Source: Candidatus Latescibacterota bacterium (GTDB taxonomy: Bacteria > Latescibacterota > UBA2968 > UBA8231). Taken from it: a stretch of 64,000 bases of DNA. Below the pieces are notes generated by a model. That model saw only the letters and a program-made list of their open reading frames with translations. It was not told the origin of the DNA and made no database searches. Made by a program: the position numbers and the translations under genes. Where the stretch lies: positions 544,001-608,000 of the forward strand of contig CBDCXV010000010.1 in the NCBI GenBank assembly GCA_965223905.1, written 5' to 3'. Shown piece by piece: positions 40,374 to 50,569 of the stretch (positions are counted from its first letter, which is position 1; every line of letters begins with the position of its first letter).

Positions 40374-42905
40374 TCAGTCGGCCTGCCGAAGCACTTCGAG
40401 AGGCGGGGCCCGGTGGACGCCGCGGCTGCCGAGCAGCCCGGCAAGCACGGTGCAGAGCGGCACGGCGATCAGGGCGAATCCCAGGGCCTGCCAGGAGGGC
40501 GCGAAGGTCACCTCGAAGACGAAGGCCGCCAGGGCCCACCCGCCGGCCATCGCCAGCAGCAAGCCGACCAGCCCCGCGAGCCCGCCGAGGAGCAGGTACT
40601 CGATCAGCAGGATGCGCCCGACCTGGCCGCGGCTGGCTCCCAGGGTGCGCAGCAGGGCGCTCTCCCGCAGGCGCTGGAAGCGGCTGCCGGTGACCACCGC
40701 GGCGAGCACCGCGAGCCCCGTGGCGATGCTGAACAGGGCGACGAAGCGCACCACCACGGCGACCTTGGCGAGCACCTTGTCGACGGTGCTCAGAACCAGG
40801 TCGAGGTCGATGACGGATACGTTGGGAAAGTCGCCGACCGCCCGCCGCTGCAGCCCGGCGCGGGTTTCGGCGTCGCCCGAGCGGGTGACGAGAACGTGGA
40901 ACTGGGGCGCCTCCTCGAGGACCCCGGCGGGAAACAGGACGAGGAAGTTCGGCATGATGCGCTGCCACTCGACCTGCCGCAGGCTGCCCACCACCACCTC
41001 GACCGGCACCCCTTGGACGTCGAAGAGCATCCGGTCCCCGACCGCGACGTCGAGCGCTTCCGCCAGCCTGCGCTCGAGAGAGATGAAGACGGTGTCCGCG
41101 GCCGACCCGCGCCACTGCCCGGCGACGATCTCCTCGGTCCCGGTGGTGGAATCGCGGTAGGTGACGCGGTACTCGCGGCGCAGGGCCCAGCGGCCCCGGC
41201 GCGGGCCGTCCCGCAGCAGCTCCTCCACCGGTTTCCCCTTCACCTCCCGAAGCCGCGTGGCGACCACGGGGACCTCCTGCATCACCGGCATCCCCATCTC
41301 CCGCACCAGGGACGCGGCCGCCTCCTTCTGGTCGCTCTGGATGTCGAACAGCACCATGTTCGGCCGCTGGCCGCCGGCGACGCTGTTGACGTGCCCGAGG
41401 ATGGAGGTCTGCGCCGTGTAGAGCGCGGCGACGAGAAAGGTGCCGAGGCCGAGACTGGCCAGCAGCAGCAGGGTCTGGTTGTGGGGGCGGTAGAGATTGG
41501 CCAGTCCCTGGCGCAGCAGGTAGCCGCAGGAGGAGGGCAGGTAGCGCCGCAGGGCGCCGCGCAGGAGGCGCGCCGTCGCCGCCAGCAGCAGCAGCGCCGC
41601 CAGGGTTCCGCCGGCGAAGTAGAGGGCGTGGTCCGGGCGCCCGGCGAGTGCCCATGCCAGCAGGAAGGTGGCCCCGGCGGCCAGCCCCAGCAGCAGGGCG
41701 CGGGCGAGGCGGTCGCTGCGGCCCGGCTCCGCCTCGTACGAGGCGCGCAGCGCCAGCAGCGGCGACACGCGGCGCACCGCGAGCAGCGGCAGGGCGGCGA
41801 ACAGCAGGGAGATGGCCGAACCTGCGGCCACGCCCTCGCCCAGGGCCGGCAGCGACGGCGCCGCCTGCAGCTCTCCCAGCTCTTTCGGGAGGAAATCGGC
41901 GAGCAGGGCCGGCAGCCGCCAGAGCAGGGCGGTGCCGGCCGCGGCCCCGGCCAGCGAGCCGATCAGCCCCATGGCGAAGGCCTGCACGAGGTAGATGCGC
42001 AGGGCCGCCCCGGACGCGGCCCCGAGGCTGCGCAGAACGGCGACGGTCTCCAGCTTCTGCTCGACGTGGGCGTGGACGGCGCTGGCGACGCCTACCGCCC
42101 CGAGCAGCAGGGCGACGAAGCTGCCGAGGCCGAGGAAGCGGTACAGGTTGCGCAGGGTGCGCCCGAGGCGCCGCTTGTGGTCCTCCACCGTCTCGATGCG
42201 GGCGTCGAAGCGCTCGAGCCGTTCCTCGAGGGAGGCGGCGAGGGCCGCGGCGTCGGTGCCCTCGGGCAGCTCATAGTGAACGCGGTAGCGCACCCGGCTC
42301 CCCCGCTGTATCAGCCCGGTCTGCCCGATGCGGCTCAGCGGCATGAAGACGACCGGCTGCAGGTCGCTGCGGAACGCGGTTTCCCCGGGCAGGTTCAGCA
42401 GGCGTCCGGCGATCGCCAGGCTCGCGTGGCCGACGCGGATGGTATCGCCTACCGCGACGCCGTACTGCAGCATCAGGCCGTCGTCGACCAGGGCCATGCC
42501 CTTGGACTGCCAGGCCGCCGCGGCTTCAGGAGGGCCGGTTCCGAGCTCGCCGTAGAACGGGAATCCCCCCTGCAGGGCGCGCACCCGGGCGAGGCGGCTG
42601 CCACCGGAAGCCGGGAACAGGACCATCGAGTTCATCTCGACCTCCTCCGCTTTGCGGCCGCCGAGCGCGGTGAGCGAATCGACGACACCCCCCAGCTCCC
42701 CCTCGAAAGGGGCGGGGCTCTCGATCTCGACGTCGGCCCCCATCAGGGCCGCTGCCTGTTCGTCGACGTTCTCTTCCATCGTGCGCGAGAGGCCGCGCAG
42801 ACCGGTCAGGGCGGCGATCCCCACGGCGATGGAGGCGGTGTGCAGGAGCAGCCGGCCGCGGCGGCCGCGGCTGTCCCGCCAGGCCATGCGCAGGACCCAG
42901 TCCAT
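40374..42905 (-). CDS. ybbP: YbbP-type ABC permease (FtsX-like)
   Basis: AWRDSR, GFPFYG, LRSLGA, FDIQSDQ, two TM bundles. Confidence 0.9.
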   Translation of the reverse strand: MDWVLRMAWRDSRGRRGRLLLHTASIAVGIAALTGLRGLSRTMEENVDEQAAALMGADVEIESPAPFEGELGGVVDSLTALGGRKAEEVEMNSMVLFPASGGSRLARVRALQGGFPFYGELGTGPPEAAAAWQSKGMALVDDGLMLQYGVAVGDTIRVGHASLAIAGRLLNLPGETAFRSDLQPVVFMPLSRIGQTGLIQRGSRVRYRVHYELPEGTDAAALAASLEERLERFDARIETVEDHKRRLGRTLRNLYRFLGLGSFVALLLGAVGVASAVHAHVEQKLETVAVLRSLGAASGAALRIYLVQAFAMGLIGSLAGAAAGTALLWRLPALLADFLPKELGELQAAPSLPALGEGVAAGSAISLLFAALPLLAVRRVSPLLALRASYEAEPGRSDRLARALLLGLAAGATFLLAWALAGRPDHALYFAGGTLAALLLLAATARLLRGALRRYLPSSCGYLLRQGLANLYRPHNQTLLLLASLGLGTFLVAALYTAQTSILGHVNSVAGGQRPNMVLFDIQSDQKEAAASLVREMGMPVMQEVPVVATRLREVKGKPVEELLRDGPRRGRWALRREYRVTYRDSTTGTEEIVAGQWRGSAADTVFISLERRLAEALDVAVGDRMLFDVQGVPVEVVVGSLRQVEWQRIMPNFLVLFPAGVLEEAPQFHVLVTRSGDAETRAGLQRRAVGDFPNVSVIDLDLVLSTVDKVLAKVAVVVRFVALFSIATGLAVLAAVVTGSRFQRLRESALLRTLGASRGQVGRILLIEYLLLGGLAGLVGLLLAMAGGWALAAFVFEVTFAPSWQALGFALIAVPLCTVLAGLLGSRGVHRAPPLEVLRQAD

Positions 42906-43612
42906 CAGGCCGTCACCGTCCCGCCGGGGGGCCCGGAGTCCTCGGCGATCCGGCCGCCGTGCAGGCGGATGACGCGCCCTGCCCTCCCAGCCAGCTCGAG
43001 ATCGTGGGTCACCAGCACCAGCGCGGTGCCCGCCTCCTCGTTGAGGTTGAACATCAGATCGGCGACGACCCCGCCGGTCTCGGTATCGAGGTTGCCGGTC
43101 GGCTCGTCGGCGAACAGGATCCGCGGCCGGTTGATGAAGGCGCGCGCCAGCCCCGCCCGCTGCTGCTCCCCGCCGGAGAGCTGCGCCGGGTAATGGCCGG
43201 TGCGGTGGCCGAGTCCGACGCGCTCGAGCAGCTCGCGCGCCTGGGCCTCGACTCCCTTTTCACCCCGCAGCTCGAGCGGCACCGACACGTTCTCGAGCGC
43301 CGTCAGGGTCGGCACCAGCTGAAAGGTCTGGAACACGAACCCCACCTTCTCGTTGCGCAGGCGGGCGCGCTGGTCCTCGTCGAGTTCATCGAGGGCCATG
43401 CCGTCGAGCACCACCGATCCCGAGGAGGCGCGGTCGAGGCCGGCGCACAGCCCGAGCAGGGTGGTCTTGCCGCTCCCCGAGGGCCCGACCACGGCGCAGG
43501 TGGAGCCGCGCGGCACCGAGAAGCTGACGTCGCTGAGCACGGTGAGGGGGGAGCCGCTGCCGCTCCGGTAGGTCTTGGTCAGGCCGCTGGCGGCCAGTAC
43601 TTCGTCCTTCAT
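42905..43612 (-). CDS. ybbA: YbbA/LolD-type ABC ATP-binding protein
   Basis: GPSGSGKTT, LSGGEQQR, FADEPTGNLD, VTHD. Confidence 0.95.
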   Translation of the reverse strand: MKDEVLAASGLTKTYRSGSGSPLTVLSDVSFSVPRGSTCAVVGPSGSGKTTLLGLCAGLDRASSGSVVLDGMALDELDEDQRARLRNEKVGFVFQTFQLVPTLTALENVSVPLELRGEKGVEAQARELLERVGLGHRTGHYPAQLSGGEQQRAGLARAFINRPRILFADEPTGNLDTETGGVVADLMFNLNEEAGTALVLVTHDLELAGRAGRVIRLHGGRIAEDSGPPGGTVTA

Positions 43613-44595
43613 CGCAATCCCTTCTCGCGCAGCAGCTCGAGCAGCCGTCCCGGGCGGTCGGTCAGGATGCCGGTCACCCCGAGGTCGATCAGCCGCTGCA
43701 TCTCTTCGGTTTCATTCACGGTCCAGACCTGCACCGGCAGGTTGCGCTCCCGGGCCCGGCTGGCGAAGCCGCGGTCGACGAGCCGCAACCGCCCGATCCG
43801 CTCCGGCACCGCGAACAGCGCGAACTCCGGGGTGTAGAGGTTCCCGAGCCCGAGCAGGTGCAGGGCCTTCCAGGCGATCACCTCCCCGCCCGCGGCCGAG
43901 GTGGCGACCTCCGGGCAGAGGCTGCGAAAGGCGCCGACCGTCCCGCCGTCGAAGCCGGCGACCGCCACCCGGTGCTGCATCCCGGCGCCGCGGATTTCCC
44001 CGCACAGGGCCTCGCCGGCGCGCCGCAGCCGCGGCTTGAGCTCGATCATCATGCGCTGCCCGGGAAAGGCGCGCAGCACCTCCGCCAGCCCCGGGATCCG
44101 GTACCCCTTGCCGCGAAACGGGTAGCTCCTGCCGTCGCGGGTCCAGCCGAAGCCGGCGTCGAGGGCCTGCAGCTGCGCCGCGGTCAGCGAGTCGACGCGC
44201 CCGGCCCCCCCGGTGGTGCGGCGGACCGTGCGGTCGTGGTGCACGACGAGCACCCCGTCGGCGCTGAGGCGCACGTCCATTTCAAGGACATCCGCCCCGG
44301 CGGCCACCGCCTCCCGGAACAGCGGCAGGGTGTTCTCCGGACCCATCCCCCTTCCGCCGCGATGGGCGATGACGAGAAACCCGGTGCCCGCGAAGTACGG
44401 ATGCCCGGGAGCCGGCTGCGGCCCGCGGACCCGGGCGGCCAGCAGCGCCAGCAGGTAGAGGCCGATCAGGATGGAAGCGCCGTAGAGAACCGCGCGCCTG
44501 GCGATGGCCACTTTCCTTTCCCGCGCATGTCGCCGAGTTTCCACGGCGTTTTTCGGTTGGCCGGCAAGCATACTCCCCGCTCGCCTGCGTTTCAA
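43609..44595 (-). CDS. Glycerophosphodiester phosphodiesterase (start uncertain)
   Basis: IAHRGG, PENT, EMDV, HHD, IELK, WTVN, GILTDRP. Confidence 0.92.
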   Translation of the reverse strand: MKRRRAGSMLAGQPKNAVETRRHARERKVAIARRAVLYGASILIGLYLLALLAARVRGPQPAPGHPYFAGTGFLVIAHRGGRGMGPENTLPLFREAVAAGADVLEMDVRLSADGVLVVHHDRTVRRTTGGAGRVDSLTAAQLQALDAGFGWTRDGRSYPFRGKGYRIPGLAEVLRAFPGQRMMIELKPRLRRAGEALCGEIRGAGMQHRVAVAGFDGGTVGAFRSLCPEVATSAAGGEVIAWKALHLLGLGNLYTPEFALFAVPERIGRLRLVDRGFASRARERNLPVQVWTVNETEEMQRLIDLGVTGILTDRPGRLLELLREKGLR

Positions 44596-44624
44596 ACCCC
44601 CGTCCCCCCGGCGGACCGCCCGCG

Positions 44625-46544
44625 GTGAAACGATTTCCCCTCAAAGCCCTGTTCATCGGCACCCTGATGTGCCTGGTGATCAACGTCGTCATGTCGTACG
44701 GCGTCCTCGCCATGGGCACCTTCAACTGGACCGGCGACTTCATCTCGGGCGGGGCGATCCTGCTGCTCTTTCTCCTGATCCTGGTCTACAACACGCCGCT
44801 GGTGCTGGTGCGGCGCCAGTGGGCCCTGTCGTCGCAGGAACTCGTCCTCGTCTACACGATGATGATCGTCGCCACCGCCATTCCCACGGTCGGCCTGACC
44901 GCGCAGCTGATCCCCTTTCTCGCCGAGGTCTTCTACTACGCGACGCCGGAGAACGCCTGGTCGGAGCTCATTCACCCGCACCTGAAATCCTGGCTGGTAC
45001 CGCAGGACGACCTCGCCGTCTTCTACTTCTTCGAGGGGCTGCCCGAAGGCCAGCCGATTCCCTGGGACGCCTGGTTCCTCCCCCTGGCCTCCTGGGGCTC
45101 CTTCGTCCTGGCCCTCTACCTGATGATGATCTCGATGGTTGCGCTCATGCACCGGCAGTGGGCGCACCACGAGCGCCTCATCTACCCGCTCGTGCAGCTG
45201 CCGGCCGACATGGTGCAGGAGGAGGCGAAAGGGATCAACCCGTTCCTGAAGAACTGGGTCATGTGGCTGGGTTTCCTCATTCCCATGGTGCTGTTGGGCG
45301 TCAACTCTCTGAGCCGCTACACTCCCGGTCTGTCCGGCATCAGCCTGTCGACGACCGTGCAGGTCCTTCCCGAAGTCGGCCACCTGCTTTTCAGCATCTG
45401 GTTCATCGTCATCGGCCTCACCTACTTCCTCAGCCTGGAGATCTCCTTCAGCCTGTGGTTCTTCTACCTGTTCTACTACGTCGAACTCGCCCTGTTCGGG
45501 CGCCTCGGCTACTCGGTGCCGGAGCTGCGCCTGATGCACACGGAGGGCTCCATCGCCACCGCCCAGCAGGCAATGGGCGCAATGATCGCCCTCGTCGCCG
45601 TGGCCGTGTGGACGGCGAGGGGGCATCTGAAAACCGCGTTTCGCGCCGCCTTCTCGCGGCGGGACGAAGTGGAAGGAAACGGGCTGCTCAGGCACCGCAC
45701 CGCGGTCTGGATTCTGCTGGCCGCGACGGCGTACGCGGTCCTGTTCCTCAACCAGGCGGGGCTGCCCCTGGTCGTCGCCGCCTTCCTGATGGGGATCTCG
45801 TTCGTCGTCTTCTTCGGGCTGACCAAGATCGTCGCGGAAGGGGGGATGGGGTACGGCCGCGCCCAGATGACGCCGACGGCGTTCACCACCATGGCGTTCG
45901 GCAGCGGGCCGATCGGCGCCCAGGGGCTGACTGTGCTGGGGTTGTGCAACGGCTGGGCGGGGGACATCAAGATCAGCCTGATGGCCGCGGTCGCCAACGG
46001 CGCCCGGCTCGCCGAGCTCGCCGGGGTTCGCGGCCCGGTCCTGTTCTGGTCGATCATGCTCGCCATCGCCGTGAGCCTTGCGAGCTCGGCCTGGACCATC
46101 ATCGCCATCGCCTACGAGTACGGCGGCATCAACCTGCACTACTGGTTCTACCACATCATGGGGGACTGGTCGTTCCGCAACGTCGCCACCGCGATCTCCA
46201 CGCCGGTCGACGACTGGAATTTCTTCGGCCCGCGCGGCGCTTTCACTGCGGCCGGCGCCGCGGCCATGCTCGCCCTGACCTGGCTCCGGCACCGCTTCCT
46301 GTGGTGGCCCTTGCACCCGATCGGGTTTCCGGTGGGCGGCACCTACATGATGTTCTTCGCCTGGTCGAGCATGTTCATCGCCTGGCTGCTCAAGCTCGTC
46401 ATCCTGCGCTACGGCGGCTCCGCCCTCTACCACAGGCTGAGGCCGCTGTTCCTCGGCATGGTCCTCGGGCAGGTGACCAGCCACGGGGCGTGGATGGTCG
46501 TCGACTACTTCACCGGCATGATCGGGAACGTCACCCGCTGGTGA
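44625..46544 (+). CDS. DUF6785/DUF6784-like polytopic putative peptide transporter
   Basis: FYYATPENAW, RQW...ERLIYPLVQLP, WWPLHPIGF, RYGG...RPLFLG. Confidence 0.75.
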   Translation: MKRFPLKALFIGTLMCLVINVVMSYGVLAMGTFNWTGDFISGGAILLLFLLILVYNTPLVLVRRQWALSSQELVLVYTMMIVATAIPTVGLTAQLIPFLAEVFYYATPENAWSELIHPHLKSWLVPQDDLAVFYFFEGLPEGQPIPWDAWFLPLASWGSFVLALYLMMISMVALMHRQWAHHERLIYPLVQLPADMVQEEAKGINPFLKNWVMWLGFLIPMVLLGVNSLSRYTPGLSGISLSTTVQVLPEVGHLLFSIWFIVIGLTYFLSLEISFSLWFFYLFYYVELALFGRLGYSVPELRLMHTEGSIATAQQAMGAMIALVAVAVWTARGHLKTAFRAAFSRRDEVEGNGLLRHRTAVWILLAATAYAVLFLNQAGLPLVVAAFLMGISFVVFFGLTKIVAEGGMGYGRAQMTPTAFTTMAFGSGPIGAQGLTVLGLCNGWAGDIKISLMAAVANGARLAELAGVRGPVLFWSIMLAIAVSLASSAWTIIAIAYEYGGINLHYWFYHIMGDWSFRNVATAISTPVDDWNFFGPRGAFTAAGAAAMLALTWLRHRFLWWPLHPIGFPVGGTYMMFFAWSSMFIAWLLKLVILRYGGSALYHRLRPLFLGMVLGQVTSHGAWMVVDYFTGMIGNVTRW

Positions 46545-46806
46545 ACCGGGTGACGGACGCGGCCCCCCGAAACCGGCTGGCCGCGGCAACTCGGGAGCGG
46601 CCCCGGCGAGGCAGATCGGCCGCAGCTCCTGGCTGCGGCAGGGATTTGAGCTGAATGAGCTTTCAACTGCGGTCCTCGAAACTCCCCCGAACAGACCAGG
46701 GAGTTGCCAGGGGGAAGCGGCCCTGCGCCGGGCGGACCGAAGGCCCTTCCCTACGGGCATGATATCGAGGGGATGATCCCCTTTCCGGCGCAACGACGGA
46801 ATCCAC

Positions 46807-49410
46807 GTGGACGCAGAAAACAACCGCACCGGCTCCTCACCTGTATGGGCACTGCCGGCCCTCTTCCTGCTCTCGGGGGCGTGCGGACTGGTTTACCAGG
46901 TCCTGTGGGCCCGCATGCTGATCGTAGTTTTCGGCGCCACCCTCCCGGCGGTGAGCACAGTGCTGAGCGCCTTCATGGCCGGCCTGGCCCTGGGCAGCTT
47001 CTGCTCCGGACGCTGGATCGACGGCGCGCGGAGGCCCCTGCTCGTGTTCGCCTGCCTCGAGGCCGGGGTCGGCCTCTTCGCCTTCCTGTTCCCCCACCTG
47101 CTGGCGGCGACCGGATGGCTGGCCGAGGCCGAGTGGACGGAGCACAACCCGTCGGCCTTCGCCGCGGCCCGCTTCGCCCTCGCCTTCGGGCTGCTGCTGA
47201 TCCCGACCGCGGCTATGGGGGCGACGCTGCCGGTGATCTCGAAGTCCGCGGTGCGGCGCATCCGGCAGCTCGGCAGCGGCGTCGGCCTGCTGTACGCCGC
47301 CAACACCCTCGGGGCCGTCGCCGGAGTCGCCGGCGTAACCTTCTACCTGATGGAGGAGCTGGGCCTGCGCGGCAGCGGCTATGCCGTCGGCGTCGTCAAC
47401 CTGCTCGTGGCATCGCTGGCCTGCTGGATCGGCCGCGGCGCCTGGAGCCCGCGGGAAGAGGAGGCCCCTGACAGCGAGGAACAGGCCCTCGAACCGGCGC
47501 CGCGCACCCGGCCGGCAGAGCCTGCGGCCATCCCCCTGTCCCCCCTGGCGCTGAAGGCGGTTCTCCTCGGCTTCGCCCTCCAGGGGTTCGCCGCCCTCGC
47601 CTACGAGGTCGCCTGGGTGCGCCTGTTCACCGTCGCCTTCTCCGTCAACTCGCACTACGAGTTCAGCATCGTGCTGATGGCGTTCCTGCTCGGCCTCAGC
47701 CTCGGCAGCTTCCTCTGCGGCCTCCTTCTCGACAGGCGCCGCGACCTGCTGTCGATGTTCGGGGGCTTCCAGGTCGCCGTCGGCCTCATGGGGATCGCCT
47801 CGGTCGCCCTCTTCGCCGCGGCCTCCGACTGGGTCGGTGCGATCAAGGGGGCGGGCTCCTGGTGGAGCTACCGCGGCGGCATCTTCGCCATGGCCTTCGG
47901 CATCATGCTGGTGCCGACCCTGCTGATGGGCGCCTCCTTTCCAGTGGTGAGCCGCATCTGCACCAGAAGCCTCCGGCAGGTCGGCCGCGGCGTCGGAGAC
48001 GTCAACGCCGCAAACAGCCTGGGGGCTTTCGCCGGCTCCCTCGCCGCCGGCCTCCTGCTGATCCCGCTCTTCGGCACCGAGGGCACCTTCCGCCTGCTCG
48101 GCGGTCTCAACCTCCTGGTCGGCGCCGCGGTCCTCGCGATCAATCCCCTGCTGCGGCCCGGGCGCAAGCTGGGAACCCTCGCCCTGGCCGGGGCCGCGGC
48201 GGCCGCGGTGATCCTCGCCTCTCCCGGGGAGGTGATGCGGGAGCTGTCCCGTCCCGCGCATTCCGGGTTCCGCCTGCTCTTCTACGAGGAAGGAGCCGAG
48301 GGAATCATCACGGTTACCGGCAAGCGGGACGGCTATCGCAAGATGCTTCTCAACGGCGGCGGACAGGTTCCCACCGATTACGGTTCCTTCCAGCTTTTCC
48401 GCCTGCTCGGACACCTGCCGCTGCTGCTGCATCCCGCGCCTCGGGACGTCCTCGTCGTTGCCCTGGGCGGCGGCATCGCCCTCGGGGCGGCGGCGCAGCA
48501 CGACGTCGACCGCATCCAGTGCGTCGAGCTCGTTCCGGAAGTGGTCGAGGCGGCGCGGCAGGAGTTCGGCCCCTACAACCACCGGATCCTCGAGCGCATG
48601 GAGGACTTTCCCATCGAGCTGATCATCGACGACGGCCGCAACTTCCTGCTGCGGACCGGGCGGCGCTACGACGTCATCACCGGGGACGCCACTCATCCCA
48701 CCAGTACCGACAGCTGGCTGCTGTACACGCAGGAGTTCTACGAGCTGTGCCGGTCGCGCCTGAAGCCGGGAGGCATCGTCGTGCAGTGGCTGCCGTTCCA
48801 CGGACTGCCCGTCGGGGACTTCAAGACCGTCCTGCGGACCTTTCAGTCGGTCTTTCCCCGTGCCAGCCTGTGGCGCACCAACAACTACGCGATCATGGTG
48901 GGGACCCTCGATCCCCTGTCGATCTCCTACAGCCGGCTCCTCGAGAAATACTCCTCGCCGCCAGTGCGGGAAAGCCTCGAGGAAGTCGACCTCGACCGCC
49001 CCTTCGCCGTCCTCGGCTGTTTCTTCTTCGGCTCCGACGCGTATCGCCGCTATACCGGGGAAGGCCCCCTCAACACCGACGATCATCCCCACCTGAGCTT
49101 CGTCGGCCCGCGCGGATTCAAGGCGAAAACCTGGAAGGTGCTGATGGATCTCACCCGCGAGATCGCGCGCCGTCCCGTCGACCTCGTCCCCTGGCTCGAC
49201 CGGGCGGACCCGGGCTGGACCCCGGCCCGCGGCGACACCCTCGCTACCTGGTTCAGGGCCAGGGAGTCGGTCATCCAGGGGGACGTGCTGCGTTACCGCA
49301 GGCGGCGGCGGGAGGCGCTCGCCGCCTATGTGCATGCGCTGCGCATCAACCCGGTAGAGTGGACGGCCGCCTATTACGGCAACCTGCTGCACGACCTGTT
49401 GAACCGCTGA
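46807..49410 (+). CDS. Fused MFS-like membrane / spermidine synthase-like protein
   Basis: SGACGLVYQVLWAR, LYAANTLGAV repeats, LGGG...VELVPEV, DDGRNFL, YDVI, LYTQEFY, NTDD. Confidence 0.88.
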   Translation: MDAENNRTGSSPVWALPALFLLSGACGLVYQVLWARMLIVVFGATLPAVSTVLSAFMAGLALGSFCSGRWIDGARRPLLVFACLEAGVGLFAFLFPHLLAATGWLAEAEWTEHNPSAFAAARFALAFGLLLIPTAAMGATLPVISKSAVRRIRQLGSGVGLLYAANTLGAVAGVAGVTFYLMEELGLRGSGYAVGVVNLLVASLACWIGRGAWSPREEEAPDSEEQALEPAPRTRPAEPAAIPLSPLALKAVLLGFALQGFAALAYEVAWVRLFTVAFSVNSHYEFSIVLMAFLLGLSLGSFLCGLLLDRRRDLLSMFGGFQVAVGLMGIASVALFAAASDWVGAIKGAGSWWSYRGGIFAMAFGIMLVPTLLMGASFPVVSRICTRSLRQVGRGVGDVNAANSLGAFAGSLAAGLLLIPLFGTEGTFRLLGGLNLLVGAAVLAINPLLRPGRKLGTLALAGAAAAAVILASPGEVMRELSRPAHSGFRLLFYEEGAEGIITVTGKRDGYRKMLLNGGGQVPTDYGSFQLFRLLGHLPLLLHPAPRDVLVVALGGGIALGAAAQHDVDRIQCVELVPEVVEAARQEFGPYNHRILERMEDFPIELIIDDGRNFLLRTGRRYDVITGDATHPTSTDSWLLYTQEFYELCRSRLKPGGIVVQWLPFHGLPVGDFKTVLRTFQSVFPRASLWRTNNYAIMVGTLDPLSISYSRLLEKYSSPPVRESLEEVDLDRPFAVLGCFFFGSDAYRRYTGEGPLNTDDHPHLSFVGPRGFKAKTWKVLMDLTREIARRPVDLVPWLDRADPGWTPARGDTLATWFRARESVIQGDVLRYRRRRREALAAYVHALRINPVEWTAAYYGNLLHDLLNR

Positions 49411-49671
49411 GCGAACCGGGTAAGGCTGCTGGAATCTGGCAGGCTGTCAGGGCAGCGGCCCGAAGGGGTGCCTCGAGATCCGGGACCTGCCCATATTGCG
49501 GTGACCCTCCGGGAAACAGGTCATCCCTCGGATACAGGCGCCTCGCGGGAAATCCGGGACCGGCCCCCCGTTGCGGCGACCTGCTTTTCAACAGTCCAAC
49601 GGTGATACAGCCGGCGCTGCCGAAGATCCTAGACCAGCCGCCCCTTTCCCGGGGTCTGGCGAATCGTGCCG

Positions 49672-50460
49672 CTACTCGAAGAAGACCTCGGAGTCGTGGA
49701 CCGGTGCGTACCCGACCTCGCGCCGAGGCGTTTCGATATCGAAGATGCTGTGCCTGTTGTCGGAGATGACGAAGTAGTGGGCGCCGCTGCGCAGCCTGCC
49801 GTCCCGGTGAGTCTTGTAGCAGCCGTCGACCATGCGCGCCGCATCCTCCTGGTGGCACCAGACCGTGAAGTACCCGATCTCCCCGACGTTCCGGTTGTAT
49901 ACGTTGACGCCACCCCACCTGGTCGCGACCGCCGCCAACCCTTCGGCGGCGAAGCGCTCGGCCCAGCGCTCGACGTACGCCTTCTCCTCCCCGTAGTCGC
50001 CGGCGGGGCAGGCTTCCATCAGCGCCGGGATCGGCTCCGGCGGCGACTCGAGTTCATCGAAGCGGCGCGCCGCGAGCGTCGCGTACGGCTCCCTGTCGAA
50101 CGGCCAGTACGCCCCGTCCACCGCATGCACCGAGCTCGAGCCGATGAGCAGGGCCTGCGGACAGACGTCGCGCACGGACTCGAAGACCAGATCCGTCATG
50201 GAGTTCATCGCCTGCAGCGGACTGGTGCGGGCGAGGTAGACGACGAGATCGCGCCCCTCCAGCAGGCGGCGCAGACCATCTGGATCGGCGCAGACGTCCA
50301 TTTCGACGAAGTTGCTCTGCGCCGACGCTTCCAGCGCCTTGTCCGGCGCACCCGGCAGGTCGACGGAGGTGGTTTCATAGTCCGGGTCGAGCCGCGGCAG
50401 CCAAATTCGCAGCCCCGACCCGATCTGGCCCTTACCCCCGATGAGCAGGGTATCGATCAT
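49672..50460 (-). CDS. NAD-dependent epimerase/dehydratase (extended SDR)
   Basis: GGKGQIG, SSSVHAV, YGEEK. Confidence 0.8.
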   Translation of the reverse strand: MIDTLLIGGKGQIGSGLRIWLPRLDPDYETTSVDLPGAPDKALEASAQSNFVEMDVCADPDGLRRLLEGRDLVVYLARTSPLQAMNSMTDLVFESVRDVCPQALLIGSSSVHAVDGAYWPFDREPYATLAARRFDELESPPEPIPALMEACPAGDYGEEKAYVERWAERFAAEGLAAVATRWGGVNVYNRNVGEIGYFTVWCHQEDAARMVDGCYKTHRDGRLRSGAHYFVISDNRHSIFDIETPRREVGYAPVHDSEVFFE

Positions 50461-50569
50461 TTCTCTTCACCTTTCATGTGCCGATGTTTTACTACCTGAA
50501 GTTTTCAGCATCCGTCTGTATCTTGCCACCCCGACACGTTGCAGGCAACCTCGAAAGGAATGATCAGGG

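Noticed and set aside
46545-46800. Weak similarity (cagggagttgcc) to the IS91 tail
   Set aside because: The match is too short and lacks the CCTATAC end
40314-49769. Many long overlapping or antisense ORFs (for example 40314-43193 +, 46837-49392 -, 44592-46829 -)
   Set aside because: Shadow ORFs expected in high-GC DNA; Arg/Pro/Gly-rich with no motifs, opposite or overlapping well-supported genes
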